A DNA stretch of 64,000 nt from Gammaproteobacteria bacterium. Lineage in GTDB: Bacteria; Pseudomonadota; Gammaproteobacteria; Ga0077536. This document shows, one piece after another, positions 36,987 to 46,897 of the stretch. The first letter of the stretch is position 1; each line of letters begins with the position of its first letter. The DNA is taken from positions 16,514 through 80,513 of the forward strand of contig JBFWUN010000012.1 in assembly GCA_050247235.1 (NCBI GenBank), in the 5' to 3' direction. Position numbers and translations under genes: made by a program. A model generated the notes under the pieces. The model was not told where the DNA came from. It did no database searches and worked only from the letters and a program-made list of their open reading frames with translations.

Positions 36987-39005
36987 CTACCCGTTGGGGC
37001 GCGCCGGCGCGCTCCATGACGGTGCCTCGGCGGGTGACACGCGCGACTGCGGACCGAACAGGCGTTCGAACGCCGCTTCCTCGCGCGCCAGCCGTTCCGC
37101 CGGCCATCGCGCACGCACCCGCTCCCGCACATCCCCGCCCTCCCGGTAGGACAGCGCCAGCACGAGCACATCGACGTGCGCTGCCCGGCGCGCGCGCGCG
37201 AGCACGGGTTCGTCGGCCGGGCGCGTGGCCCCCGCCAGCACGAGCCACGCCAGCGCGGCAGGACTATCCTCGTCGCGGGCGTCCACCAGCCGCGCCCAAC
37301 GGCTCACCGCGGTCTCGCGCCGACCCGCATGCCAGTCCAGGTAGCCGAGCACACGTGCGGCGGTCGGTGACGTGACCGCGGCAGCCGCGCAGGCCGGTGT
37401 CCAGGACTCGCGCTGGCGCGCGGTCAACGGCGCGGCACCGTGCAACCACGCGTTGAAGCGAGCCACGCAGACGAGCGCCTGCGCAGCGCGCCGCCGCGGC
37501 GCCAGCCGGAGCGCCGCTTCGGCAGCCGCCTGCGCAGCCGCGTGTTCCCCCAGCTCGCTGTACGCGCGACCGAGGGCGAGATGATCCTGCACGAAGGTTT
37601 CTTCGCGCAGCGCACGCGGAAGCGGCATCAGCGCCCCCCCGCCGAGCGCAATCGCCAGCAGCCACGCACGCCAGTGCGTGGCGGCGGCGACGAAGGCACT
37701 CGCACTGCCGCCGGCAAGGACGGCGCCCGCGCCGACCAGCGGCACGCGGAAGCGATCGCTCACGTAGTACAGCAGTGTGCCCGCCGCGTAAGCCGCCGCG
37801 GCCACCAGCACCCAGCGTACGTCACGGCGACCCGCGCCCCGCACCGCGCCGAGGGTTGCGAGCCCCAGCACCAGCCACCAGCCCAAGGGATTCACGCGCA
37901 GCCACGGTGATCGTGCCCGGTGGAACGCGTAGGTCTTGTTGTTGTACTGCTCGACGTTGTTCCACAGGTAGAACGCCTTGCGCGCAAGCCTGCGCAGCCA
38001 GCCGATGGGATCGTCTGCAATCGCGGCTCTCCCGCGGCTCTCCCAGTACGCGGTCTGTGCGCGGTAGTCGCCCGCGCGATCGCCGGTCGCACGTCGATAG
38101 AGCAGCGTTGATTCGAGTCGCGCGGTGTTCGCGGCGGGGTCGACGGTGTGTACCGGGAGTGTCTGCACGAAGTAGCGGCCGTGTGCACGCGCGTGGTTCG
38201 CCGCCCAGAAATTGAATGCCCCCTGCCAGGGCAGCAGGCGGAAATCGTCGGCGAGGTACGCGTTGACCGTGCCGAACCCCAGCAACGCCGCGGCGAGCGG
38301 CGCTGCCGCCGCGCACGCGGTCACCATGCGCGCACGCTGGCGGTTGGCGACCAGCGCGAGCACCGGAAGCACAACCGCAACGGACAGCAGCTGGGGACGG
38401 ACGAGTACACCGATCGCGAGCCACGTGCCGGCGCTGCACCAGTGGCCGGCGACCGCTGGCGCGCGCGCCGCGCGGACGAGCGCACCGAGGCCACCGACGA
38501 ACAGCATCAGCGCGCACGTGATGTCGAGCGCGTCTCCGGCGAAATGGAGCAGCACGGGATTGAAGCCGACCAGCGCCGCGGCGATGTATTGCGCGCTGCG
38601 CGACTGCCACAACATGCCCGCGGTACGCCATGCGAGCCACGCGGTCGCGAGGTGCAGCAGGCCGTTGAGCAGTCGTGCGACCGGCGCGAGCCACGCAGCG
38701 TCCAGGCCGAGTGCCAGCGGCAGCGCGAGCAGCGCGGGATAGAGCGGGGCGCGGTAGAAGGCCTCGCGCGGCAGCGTGCCGTGCGCGATCTGTGTCGCCA
38801 TGGCCAGCACTTCGCGCTCGTCGAGGACCGGCATCCGACCGAGCGCGGTGGTGGCGTACCACGCGAGGTAGCCGGCGCAGTAGATGGCCAGTGCCCCCGC
38901 GAACACGAGGACAGGCAGACGCCGTGCGCGGCTGCCGGCGCGCTCCGCGATCGCGTTCAGACGCGCGTTCCCTCGCGGCGGATCCCCGACTGTCCCCACG
39001 CGCAA
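36987..39005 (-). CDS. GT-C fold membrane glycosyltransferase (ArnT/PMT_2-like) with TPR-like C terminus
   Basis: N-terminal TM then LDERE...FYRAPLYP, about 10 TM segments, YVSDRFRVPL, helical C-terminal repeats. Start uncertain. Confidence 0.7.
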   Translation of the reverse strand: MRVGTVGDPPRGNARLNAIAERAGSRARRLPVLVFAGALAIYCAGYLAWYATTALGRMPVLDEREVLAMATQIAHGTLPREAFYRAPLYPALLALPLALGLDAAWLAPVARLLNGLLHLATAWLAWRTAGMLWQSRSAQYIAAALVGFNPVLLHFAGDALDITCALMLFVGGLGALVRAARAPAVAGHWCSAGTWLAIGVLVRPQLLSVAVVLPVLALVANRQRARMVTACAAAAPLAAALLGFGTVNAYLADDFRLLPWQGAFNFWAANHARAHGRYFVQTLPVHTVDPAANTARLESTLLYRRATGDRAGDYRAQTAYWESRGRAAIADDPIGWLRRLARKAFYLWNNVEQYNNKTYAFHRARSPWLRVNPLGWWLVLGLATLGAVRGAGRRDVRWVLVAAAAYAAGTLLYYVSDRFRVPLVGAGAVLAGGSASAFVAAATHWRAWLLAIALGGGALMPLPRALREETFVQDHLALGRAYSELGEHAAAQAAAEAALRLAPRRRAAQALVCVARFNAWLHGAAPLTARQRESWTPACAAAAVTSPTAARVLGYLDWHAGRRETAVSRWARLVDARDEDSPAALAWLVLAGATRPADEPVLARARRAAHVDVLVLALSYREGGDVRERVRARWPAERLAREEAAFERLFGPQSRVSPAEAPSWSAPARPNG

Positions 39006-39428
39006 TGCGCGTCCGTCGCGTGATGGACGGTGCCGGCTGTCGCGTCCGATCGGGCGAATCCTTCGGAGCTTGCCGCGATGCGGGAGGTCTGGACCGGGCG
39101 TGCGCGCATCACGTCTCCTCGCAGGCGGGTGGTGTGCATTCTAAGGGGCCACCCAGGCACCGGACAGCGCCGGCAGCGCGGGGATGTGCCGTCGCGCGAT
39201 GGCCGTGAGTGTGGAATATTTCCGGTTCGGCCGGGCGAATTCCTGCCCAACGCCTAAACTTCGTCACAAATCGCAGGTCTGTCCGGTGCGCGTGCAGAGC
39301 CCTCTCTATACTTTGTTCACCAGTTGCCGATACCGCCACCAGAGGCGATCCAGACCGCAGCGACAGGCGCTCGAGAGACAGGTCGCCAACCCACGGACTC
39401 AACAGAGCAGGGCACAGGACACGGCCGG

Positions 39429-40289
39429 ATGCTGAACGTCACACAACTGCTGAGCGAGGAAGTCGCCGGTCGGCTGGGCGCCAACTTCGCGGTGTCCTTC
39501 GGCGGCGGGGACACGGGGCACCTCGCACTTGCAGTCCGTGCGTCGCGTGACGCGCTGGAGCGGATTGCGACCAGCGACGCGCTGTACCACAACGTCGAGC
39601 ACACGGTTTACGTGACGCTGGTCGGGCTCCAGATCCTGCTCGGCAAGCAGATCCTCGAAGGCGACGTCAGTCGCGAGGACTGGCTCAACGTCATCGTGGC
39701 GCTGAGTTGTCACGACATCGGATACGTGCGCGGTGTCTGCCGGACCGACGGCCCCCAGCGGGTCTCGACCGGTCTCCTGAATCACACCGTCAGGGTGGTC
39801 GAGGGGGACAGTGACGCTGTGCTGATGCCCATCCATGTCGACCGCGGCAAGCGCTACGTGGCCGAGCAGTACCCGCAGGCCGATGCGCTGATCGACGTCG
39901 CGATGGTGCAGTCGTGCATCGAGCGAACCCGTTTCCCGGTGCCGAACGACCCCGTCCACTTGCAGACCGCGGACTACCCGGGCCTTGTGCGTGGCGCGGA
40001 TCTGATCGGTCAGCTCAGTGACCCGCGCTACCTGCACAAGTTGTCGGCGGTGTTCTACGAGTTCGAGGAAATCGGCTTCAACGCGAGCACCGGCTATCGT
40101 CGCCCCGGCGATCTGCTCGAGGCATACCCCGCGTTCTTCGAGAAGAACGTCGCGCCGTTCATCCCGGAATCGGTGCGCTACCTGGAACAGACCAAGGAAG
40201 GCCGGGAAATCCTCGCGAGCCTCTATCGCAACCTCGAAAATGCGCGCAGCCACGCCTGTGCGCCGCACGCCCGCGCCCAGGCCTGGTAA
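39429..40289 (+). CDS. HD-domain metal-dependent phosphohydrolase (Npun_R2479-like)
   Basis: SDALYHNVEHTVYVTLVG...LSCHDIGY...HVDRGK...RGADLIGQLSDPRY. Confidence 0.82.
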   Translation: MLNVTQLLSEEVAGRLGANFAVSFGGGDTGHLALAVRASRDALERIATSDALYHNVEHTVYVTLVGLQILLGKQILEGDVSREDWLNVIVALSCHDIGYVRGVCRTDGPQRVSTGLLNHTVRVVEGDSDAVLMPIHVDRGKRYVAEQYPQADALIDVAMVQSCIERTRFPVPNDPVHLQTADYPGLVRGADLIGQLSDPRYLHKLSAVFYEFEEIGFNASTGYRRPGDLLEAYPAFFEKNVAPFIPESVRYLEQTKEGREILASLYRNLENARSHACAPHARAQAW

Positions 40290-40326
40290 CGACAGCATCC
40301 GGTTGACGAACGCGGCGCGTTGACGA

Positions 40327-41253
40327 ATGCTGCCGCGCATGTTCCTTGCCTCGCACGACGTCCTCCGCGCCTGCCTCCTTGCCGCGTGCCTGGTCCAGCC
40401 GGTCGTCGCCGCGGACTTCGAGGTCACCGAGATCGCCCCGGCGGTGTTCGTGCACCAGGGCGCGTATGCCGAGATCGACGATCCCGCACGTGGTGACAGC
40501 GCCAATATCGGGTTCGTGATCGGCGCGCGCTGCGTGGCGGTGATCGACACCGGCGGCAGCATCGCCACGGGACGTGCACTGCGCGCCGCGATCGCGGCGC
40601 ATACCGATCGACCCGTCTGCTACGTGATCAACACGCACGCGCATTTCGATCACGTGCTCGGCAACGCCGCGTTTCGGGACGACGACCCGACGTTCGTCGG
40701 CCACGCCGCGCTGCCCGAAGCACTCGCCGCGAGCCGCGAATATTTCCTCGAGCGCTTCGCCGTCGAGCTCGCCGACGCGCCGGCGATCATCGCACCCACG
40801 CTGACGGTCGATGACACGCACACGCTCGACCTCGGCGGACGCACGCTCCGGCTGGAGGCGCATCCCGTGGCGCACAGCGCGGCGGATCTGACCGTCGTGG
40901 ACGACGCGACGCACACGCTCTTCACCGGGGACCTGCTGTTCGTCGAGCGCCTGCCGGCGTTCGACGGCAGGCTCAGCGGCTGGCGCGGCTGGATGCAGAC
41001 AGTCGGGGGTGCGGATTTCGCGCACGTGGTCCCGGGCCATGGACCGCCGCGCGTCGCCTGGCCTGCCGCGCTCGATGCGCAGCGCCGGTACCTCGACTCG
41101 CTGGCCGATGCCGCGCGCACCGCGCTGGATGCGGGCGAGTTCCTGGAGGATGTGACCGCGGACGCGGGCGCGCACCCGCCTGCCGGCTGGCAGGCCACCG
41201 GCACGCACGCGCGCAACCTCGCGCGCGTCTACCGTGAACTCGAGTGGGAGTGA
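40327..41253 (+). CDS. MBL-fold metallohydrolase (quinoprotein relay system / SoxH-like), exported
   Basis: Signal peptide, ANIGFVIG, VIDTGG, NTHAHFDHVLGN (HxHxDH), AHS, TGDLLF, VVPGHG. Start may be ATG 40339. Confidence 0.88.
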   Translation: MLPRMFLASHDVLRACLLAACLVQPVVAADFEVTEIAPAVFVHQGAYAEIDDPARGDSANIGFVIGARCVAVIDTGGSIATGRALRAAIAAHTDRPVCYVINTHAHFDHVLGNAAFRDDDPTFVGHAALPEALAASREYFLERFAVELADAPAIIAPTLTVDDTHTLDLGGRTLRLEAHPVAHSAADLTVVDDATHTLFTGDLLFVERLPAFDGRLSGWRGWMQTVGGADFAHVVPGHGPPRVAWPAALDAQRRYLDSLADAARTALDAGEFLEDVTADAGAHPPAGWQATGTHARNLARVYRELEWE

Positions 41254-41274
41254 CGCCGAGCCGGTGATGTCCCC

Positions 41275-41997
41275 TCAGAATCGTGCGCCCTGCGTGGCGC
41301 ACAGGAAGCGCATCAGCGGCGTCGCGGTGCGGTAGGTCTCGCACGCGAATTCGAGCAGACCGGGCGCGTAGAGCACCCCCTCGTCGAATGCGCGCAGCAC
41401 GATGTAGTCCTTGAATTTCAGGTCGTCCTTCCACGGATGTGCCTCCGGCACCGGCACGTCCGGGGGCATGCGCTTCAGCCGCTCACCGTGGAACTCGAAG
41501 TGTCCGGTCCTGGCGAGCGAGCGCCGCACGCTGCCCCACTGCCTGGGCTGTTCCACGATGGCGGTGCGGATGCGATGCAGCGCGGCGCGCTCGGGATGCC
41601 AGACACCGCAGCCGAGGAAGCACTCGTCCACGCCGATGTGGAAGTAGAAGCCGGGCGCGTGTACGTCGAAGTCGGCTTCATGGCGGAAGTGGATGCCGAT
41701 GTTCGTCTTGAACGGACGCTTGTCGTGCGCGAAGCGGGTGTCGCGGTAGATCCGGAAGAGTGAGCCTCCGACCCGCTTCGGGATGCACAGGAAGTGCGGA
41801 GAGATCCGGGACAGCGGCGTCGCCATCGCCTCGATGAAGTCGAGCGCCGGCGCGACCACCACCTTTTCGAACTCGTCCTTGTGCGCCTGGAACCAGGCAC
41901 GGTCGTTGTTCTGTGCGAGACGATTGAGGAAACCCAAGGTGTCCGGCGTGAAACCCTTGAACGACGGTGCGCCGCGTGCGAGTACCTTCTTCTTCAT
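41275..41997 (-). CDS. DUF2461 (TIGR02453-type) protein
   Basis: FLNRLAQNNDRAWFQAHK...SLFRIYRDTRFAHDKRPFKT...PGFYFHI. The upstream ORF extension overlaps glpD and was discarded. Confidence 0.88.
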   Translation of the reverse strand: MKKKVLARGAPSFKGFTPDTLGFLNRLAQNNDRAWFQAHKDEFEKVVVAPALDFIEAMATPLSRISPHFLCIPKRVGGSLFRIYRDTRFAHDKRPFKTNIGIHFRHEADFDVHAPGFYFHIGVDECFLGCGVWHPERAALHRIRTAIVEQPRQWGSVRRSLARTGHFEFHGERLKRMPPDVPVPEAHPWKDDLKFKDYIVLRAFDEGVLYAPGLLEFACETYRTATPLMRFLCATQGARF

Positions 41998-42130
41998 GAG
42001 CTCGTTGCTTTCCCGTGAGAGTGAATCGAGACGCGGAAGGACGGTTCCAGGTTCCGCGACGGCGTGTCCGTGTGCTCGAGAGTGGCGGACCAGGACATCG
42101 AGACCGTGAGCGCGGTACCGCACATCCTCA

Positions 42131-43645
42131 TCACGCGGCCGCGCGCGGTGCCTCCGTGTCATCGCGCGGCGGCAGGTAGTCGGCGGCAGTCTGTTCGAAG
42201 TGTGCCAGTTCGCGTTCGACCCAGGTGGCGTCGCGACCGTGGGCCCGTGCCAGCGCGGCGGCCACCGCGGGGGCGAGCGCGCGCGCTTGCGCAACGTCCA
42301 CGAACAGCGTGCGCAGCCGACGCCCGAGCACGTCCTCCACGCGGCACGCGAGCTGCCCGCCGATCGCCCGCGCGAGCGTGGCCTCCAGCGAGGCGTCCGG
42401 CCCGCCGGCGGTCGCCGGTACGCGGAGCACCGGTGGCAGCAGCGATGCCCCGTCATCCAGCCGGTCAGCGGCCGTGCGGGAGGCCTGTGCGGCGATCCCG
42501 TGGTGACCAAGCGCAGCATCGAGACCGGCGATCGCCATCCGCCGGAACGTGGTCCATTTTCCGCCGTACAGCGACACCAGCCCGGAATCCGCGATCGTCA
42601 GCTGGTATTCGCGCGACGCCCGCGCGGTCCCGTGCGCGGCAGTGCCCGCAAGCGGCCGCACCCCCGCGAAGCACGCCGTGATGTCTTCGGTGCGGGGCGC
42701 GCGCGCAAGGTAGCAGGCTGCAACGGCCAGGATCTCGTCGATCTCGGCCGCCGTGGCGCGCAGCGGGGCGTCGGGGGTGGTCGGCACGTCGGTCGTGCCG
42801 AGCAGCACGCGGTCATGCCAGGGCAGCGCGAACATCACGCGCCCATCCGGGGTCCGCGGCATCAGCAGACCCTGCGGGTGTGGCCAGAACGCGCGCTCGA
42901 CCACGACGTGACTGCCCCGGCTGAGCGTCAGTGACGGCACCCGGCGCGGGTCGTCCAGCGCGGCGATCCCGCGCGCGCCCGGCCCCGCCGCATTGATGAT
43001 GATACGGCCGGAAAACTCGTGCACCGCGCCGGTCAGCATGTCCTCGCACACCACGCCGCGCACGCGACCTGCGGCGTTCTTCAGCAGTGCGCGGACCGGC
43101 GCGTGGTTCACCACGTGCGCCCCGTGATCGGCGGCGCGCGCCAGCACCGCGAGGAGCAGGCGGGTGTCGTCGAACCGCGCGTCGGCATAGCGCAGCTGCC
43201 GCGCGCCAGGCGCGCGCAGCGACGCGCGCACCGCCGCGGGGTCGTCCCGGGGCGCCATCGCGTCGGCGCTGCGCGCGAGTCGCGCGTAGAGCGCAAGCCC
43301 GAAGCGGTATTTCAGGTGCTCCACCCACCCGGTGGTCGGGATCGTGAACGCGAGACGCGTGACCAGCGCGGGGGCCTGCACGAGCAGGTGTTCGCGCTCA
43401 CGGAGTGCCTCGAACACCAGCCCTAGCTGGCCCTGCGCGAGGTAGCGGATACCCCCGTGGATGAGTTTCGTGCTGCGGCTGGACGTGCCGCAACCGAAGT
43501 CCCCGCCTTCCAGCAGCAACGTGGACAGGCCCCGACCGGCGGCGTCCCACGCCACGCCGGCGCCGGTCGCGCCGCCGCCGATCACGATCACGTCCCACGG
43601 CTGACGCATCGCGCACACCGCGTCCAGCAGCGTGGCGCGGGTCAT
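42131..43645 (-). CDS. glpD: FAD-dependent glycerol-3-phosphate dehydrogenase
   Basis: [55 protein letters not shown]; overlaps glpK stop (ATGA). Confidence 0.93.
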   Translation of the reverse strand: MTRATLLDAVCAMRQPWDVIVIGGGATGAGVAWDAAGRGLSTLLLEGGDFGCGTSSRSTKLIHGGIRYLAQGQLGLVFEALREREHLLVQAPALVTRLAFTIPTTGWVEHLKYRFGLALYARLARSADAMAPRDDPAAVRASLRAPGARQLRYADARFDDTRLLLAVLARAADHGAHVVNHAPVRALLKNAAGRVRGVVCEDMLTGAVHEFSGRIIINAAGPGARGIAALDDPRRVPSLTLSRGSHVVVERAFWPHPQGLLMPRTPDGRVMFALPWHDRVLLGTTDVPTTPDAPLRATAAEIDEILAVAACYLARAPRTEDITACFAGVRPLAGTAAHGTARASREYQLTIADSGLVSLYGGKWTTFRRMAIAGLDAALGHHGIAAQASRTAADRLDDGASLLPPVLRVPATAGGPDASLEATLARAIGGQLACRVEDVLGRRLRTLFVDVAQARALAPAVAAALARAHGRDATWVERELAHFEQTAADYLPPRDDTEAPRAAA

Positions 43646-45132
43646 TCGGCGGTCGCCCAGTGGCCAGCGCGCACGATGGCCTTCTCCCAGCGGGCACGCA
43701 GCCCGGTGGTGTCGCACGCGGGATCGGGGGCGAACGCGGCGGCCTCGTCCCGGGTGGCCACGACGAGCGTGGCGCGGTCACGCCAGGTGCCGACACCAAG
43801 CCCCGCGAGCGCTGCCGCGCCGCGCGCGGTGGTTTCCAGGTCCCGCGGCTGGCGCAGGCTGCGCCCGAGGAGATCCGCCTGCAGTTGCATCAGCAGCCGG
43901 TTGCGCGACGCGCCGCCGTCGACCCGCAGTTCACCGGTCGGGGCGCCGGTGTCCTGCGCCATCGCGACGAGCACGTCATGAACCTGCAGTGCGATGGCCT
44001 CCAGCGCAGCGCGCGCAATGTGCGCGCGGGTCGTGCCGCGCGTGAGACCGATCAGGAGCCCGCGCGCGTCGGCGTCCCAGTGCGGCGCGCCGAGGCCGGT
44101 GAAGGCGGGAACGAGCACCACGCCGCCGCTGTCCGGCACCGAGGCGGCGAGTGGTTCGATTTCGTTCGCGTCCGCGATGATGCCCAGGCCGTCGCGCAGC
44201 CATTGCACGATCGCGCCGCCCATGAACACGCTGCCTTCGACGGCGAACGCACGCTCGCCGCCGATGGCGCTCGCCACGGTGGTCAGCAGGCGCGCCCGCG
44301 ACGGCACGATGCGGGGGCCCGTCTGCTGCAGGATGAAGCAGCCCGTGCCGTAAGTGCACTTCGCGTCACCGGGCGCGAAACACCCCTGTCCGAACAACGC
44401 GGCCTGCTGGTCACCCGCGATGCCGGCGATCGGCGCCCGCACCCCCGGCAACGCGTTCGTCTCCGCCAGGATCCCGCTCGAATCGACGATGCGCGGCAGG
44501 ATCTCGCGCGGGATGTCCCACAGCGCCAGCAAGTCATCGTCCCAGTCGCCGCGGGCGAGATCGTAGAGCAGGGTGCGTGACGCGTTCGTCGCGTCGGTGA
44601 CGTGCAGCCGGCCGCCGGTGAGCTGCCAGGTCAGCCAGGTATCGATGGTGCCGGCCGCGAGTTCGCCGTGGGCCGCCGCGCCGCGTGCGCCGGCACAGTG
44701 GTCGAGCAGCCACGCGAGCTTGCTCGCGCTGAAGTACGGATCGAGCACCAGCCCCGTGCGCCGCTGCAGGTCGGGCTCGTGACCGGACTCGCGCAGCGCG
44801 GTGCATGCCGCCGCCGTGCGCCGGTCCTGCCATACCAGCGCACGATGCAGCGGTTCACCGGTGCGCCGGTTCCACAGCACCACGGTCTCGCGCTGGTTGG
44901 TGATGCCGATGCCGTCGATCGCGCCGGCCGCCACGCCCGCGTCGGCCAGCGCCGCGCACGCCGCGTCGCGTTGTCCGAGCCAGATCTCGCGCGGGTCGTG
45001 TTCCACGAGGCCGGGCGCCGGGAAATGCTGTTGGAGCGGGCGTTGCGCCCGGCCGAGCACGCGCAGCGACGCGTCGTAGACGAACGCGCGCGAACTGGTG
45101 GTGCCCTGGTCGAGCGCGAGCAGGTAGCGCAT
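43642..45132 (-). CDS. glpK: Glycerol kinase
   Basis: [57 protein letters not shown] motifs. Confidence 0.96.
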   Translation of the reverse strand: MRYLLALDQGTTSSRAFVYDASLRVLGRAQRPLQQHFPAPGLVEHDPREIWLGQRDAACAALADAGVAAGAIDGIGITNQRETVVLWNRRTGEPLHRALVWQDRRTAAACTALRESGHEPDLQRRTGLVLDPYFSASKLAWLLDHCAGARGAAAHGELAAGTIDTWLTWQLTGGRLHVTDATNASRTLLYDLARGDWDDDLLALWDIPREILPRIVDSSGILAETNALPGVRAPIAGIAGDQQAALFGQGCFAPGDAKCTYGTGCFILQQTGPRIVPSRARLLTTVASAIGGERAFAVEGSVFMGGAIVQWLRDGLGIIADANEIEPLAASVPDSGGVVLVPAFTGLGAPHWDADARGLLIGLTRGTTRAHIARAALEAIALQVHDVLVAMAQDTGAPTGELRVDGGASRNRLLMQLQADLLGRSLRQPRDLETTARGAAALAGLGVGTWRDRATLVVATRDEAAAFAPDPACDTTGLRARWEKAIVRAGHWATAE

Positions 45133-45211
45133 GGCCGCAGTATAAACATCCGGCGTGACCACCTGGCCCTCGTGCCCGTGACGAACGCGAAATCGACTAC
45201 TCAATTTGGGC

Positions 45212-45386
45212 GATGGGCGCCCCAGGGCCGGTCACCGACACTCCGGCGCGTGCACTGGCGGGGAGCCCCACCAGTAACCCTGTTGGGGGCCGGTGCAGAG
45301 ACGCGCGAGTGTTTCCGGGCCGTAAGGTCCGCTTCCCCTTAGTACTGCCTGACCTTGGCGCCCAGGGTTCCCTGGGCGCTCGTTTT
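45212..45386 (+). ncRNA. Candidate structured non-coding RNA or switch-like leader (family not recognised)
   Basis: Nested complementary helices spanning 45238-45312, GNRA hairpin 45317-45330, 5'/3' pairing 45212-45227 with 45370-45384, terminal hairpin plus U-run. G-U pairs and the GNRA loop favour the + strand. Confidence 0.55.
45358..45386 (+). terminator. Intrinsic terminator-like hairpin
   Basis: GCGCCCAGG-GTTC-CCTGGGCGC followed by TCGTTTT. Confidence 0.6.
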
Positions 45387-45515
45387 ACCCGCCACCGTCG
45401 TCACCCCGCGATGCGCCCGCGGGCCCTCCGCTCAAGTTGTCCTGTGCTCCGACGTTAATACCCGGAACGCCCTGCGCGTGGCCTCGTCACGCGTCGCAAT
45501 AAGGACTGCACCGGT

Positions 45516-46886
45516 ATGACCCACGCTGACAGCGCATCCACGGCCTCCACCCCGCGCCTGCCGCGGCTCGAACCCTTCGTAGCCGCGGTTGCCGCGCTGG
45601 GCGCGGGCGCATTGGCGCTCCCGTGGCCGCTGCCGGTCACCGCGGCCTGGGTGGCGCTGATCGGGGTACTGCACGGGCTCGCGCCGCGCACGCGCGCACC
45701 GTTCGCCGACGGTCTGCGCATCACGCTGCTGGCACTCTCGTGGGCCGCCGGGCCCGCGCTCGCCGCGCCGGGTGTCCCCTTGTGGGTGGCCAGTGCCGCC
45801 GCGTGCGTTGCGCTCGCCACCGCGCTCGCGGCGAGTCGCGCACTGCTGGCTGCGGAGCATTCCGCGCGCGCGGCACACGACACGGCGCGGAGCGACCTGG
45901 AACATCGGCTGCGGCAGGCCACCGACGAGGTGGCGCGGCTGCGCATCGATCTGAAGACCGGTCACGACGTGTACCAGCAGATCAGCCAGCAGCTGCAGGA
46001 GACCTCCGACGAGGCGAGCCTGCTGCGCAGCAAGGCGGAGGCGCTGGCCACCACGCTCCAGCGCGTGATGCCCTACGAGATGGAATCCGGCCTGCTCACC
46101 GCCGAGAAATTCAACACGGTGCTCGAGCGCGAAGCGGCCCGCATGCAGCGACAGGAACTCCCGTTGACGATGGTTCTCGTGAAGCTGGACCATTTCGCGG
46201 AATTCGAACGCGGTTATGGCCGGGTGGCATACGAAGCCGTGATCCGGCGCGTGTCCGAGATCCTGCACAAGTCCGGCAACCGTCCGGGTGACGTCGCCGG
46301 GCGCCTCGACGAGCACACTTTCGCCCTGCTGTATCCCGAGGCCGATCATCACAACGGGTTCCGGCTCGCCGAGGCCATCCGGACCCGCCTCGTCCAGCTC
46401 GGCGTCAGGAACGAAGCGTCGCCGCACGGGCTGGTCACCGCCAGTCTCGGCTGCGCGACGGTGCTGCCGAGCGGTGACACGGACGCCGGCACGTTACGCG
46501 AGCGCGCCGAGTCCGCGCTGTACGAAGCAGGTTTCCAGGACGGCAACCGCTGCGTGCGCTACCGCCTCGCGCAGGCCGTGCGGGTCGAACACTGGGACCT
46601 GCAGAACGAAGGCGCGCTGACGCCGGACAGCCTGCGCCACAAGCTCGCCCTGCTCGGGTACTCGGGCAAGCCGCGTCGCCTCGCCCCCGGCGAATCGCAG
46701 CGCGAGCGGCGGGTCGTGATCGATACCGTGAAGGCGATCGTGGAAGGGAACCTCAAGATCTCGCTCGAGGGCGAAGCCCGCATGCTGCGTCCGGGTGACT
46801 GCCTGTACCTCCCCAAGGGCACCGTCACGCGCGAAGAGGTGATCGGCGACAAGCCCGTGATCTGTTTCGAGGGCGTGCTCGCCTGA
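45516..46886 (+). CDS. Membrane protein: TM + coiled coil + degenerate GGDEF (RxxD I-site intact) + cupin-like domain
   Basis: GGDEF scaffold (VTASLGCA, ALYEA, GNRC) with the active site read as DEHTF, preceded by RPGD-x5; C-terminal LRPGDCLYLPKGT cupin strand. Confidence 0.8.
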   Translation: MTHADSASTASTPRLPRLEPFVAAVAALGAGALALPWPLPVTAAWVALIGVLHGLAPRTRAPFADGLRITLLALSWAAGPALAAPGVPLWVASAAACVALATALAASRALLAAEHSARAAHDTARSDLEHRLRQATDEVARLRIDLKTGHDVYQQISQQLQETSDEASLLRSKAEALATTLQRVMPYEMESGLLTAEKFNTVLEREAARMQRQELPLTMVLVKLDHFAEFERGYGRVAYEAVIRRVSEILHKSGNRPGDVAGRLDEHTFALLYPEADHHNGFRLAEAIRTRLVQLGVRNEASPHGLVTASLGCATVLPSGDTDAGTLRERAESALYEAGFQDGNRCVRYRLAQAVRVEHWDLQNEGALTPDSLRHKLALLGYSGKPRRLAPGESQRERRVVIDTVKAIVEGNLKISLEGEARMLRPGDCLYLPKGTVTREEVIGDKPVICFEGVLA

Positions 46887-46897
46887 GCGCAAGGCCC

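Noticed and set aside
41998-42519. N-terminal extension of the DUF2461 ORF (and similar extensions of argH, the GlcG-like gene, MT, GST and BVMO)
   Set aside because: Extensions overlap neighbouring genes or promoters; family homology and RBS signals begin at the downstream starts used.
45324-45356. SRP (4.5S) RNA resemblance on the minus strand (GGTCAGG...AAGC)
   Set aside because: The required NCC-GNRA-GGN apical hairpin is absent, and G-U/GNRA evidence favours the plus strand.
45212-45386. Assignment of the structured RNA to a known riboswitch or ribozyme (c-di-GMP I/II, ZTP, cobalamin, FMN, fluoride, yybP, HDV-like) or a retron msr-msd
   Set aside because: Only 5-8 nt fragments resemble each consensus and the core motifs are missing; no reverse transcriptase is nearby.
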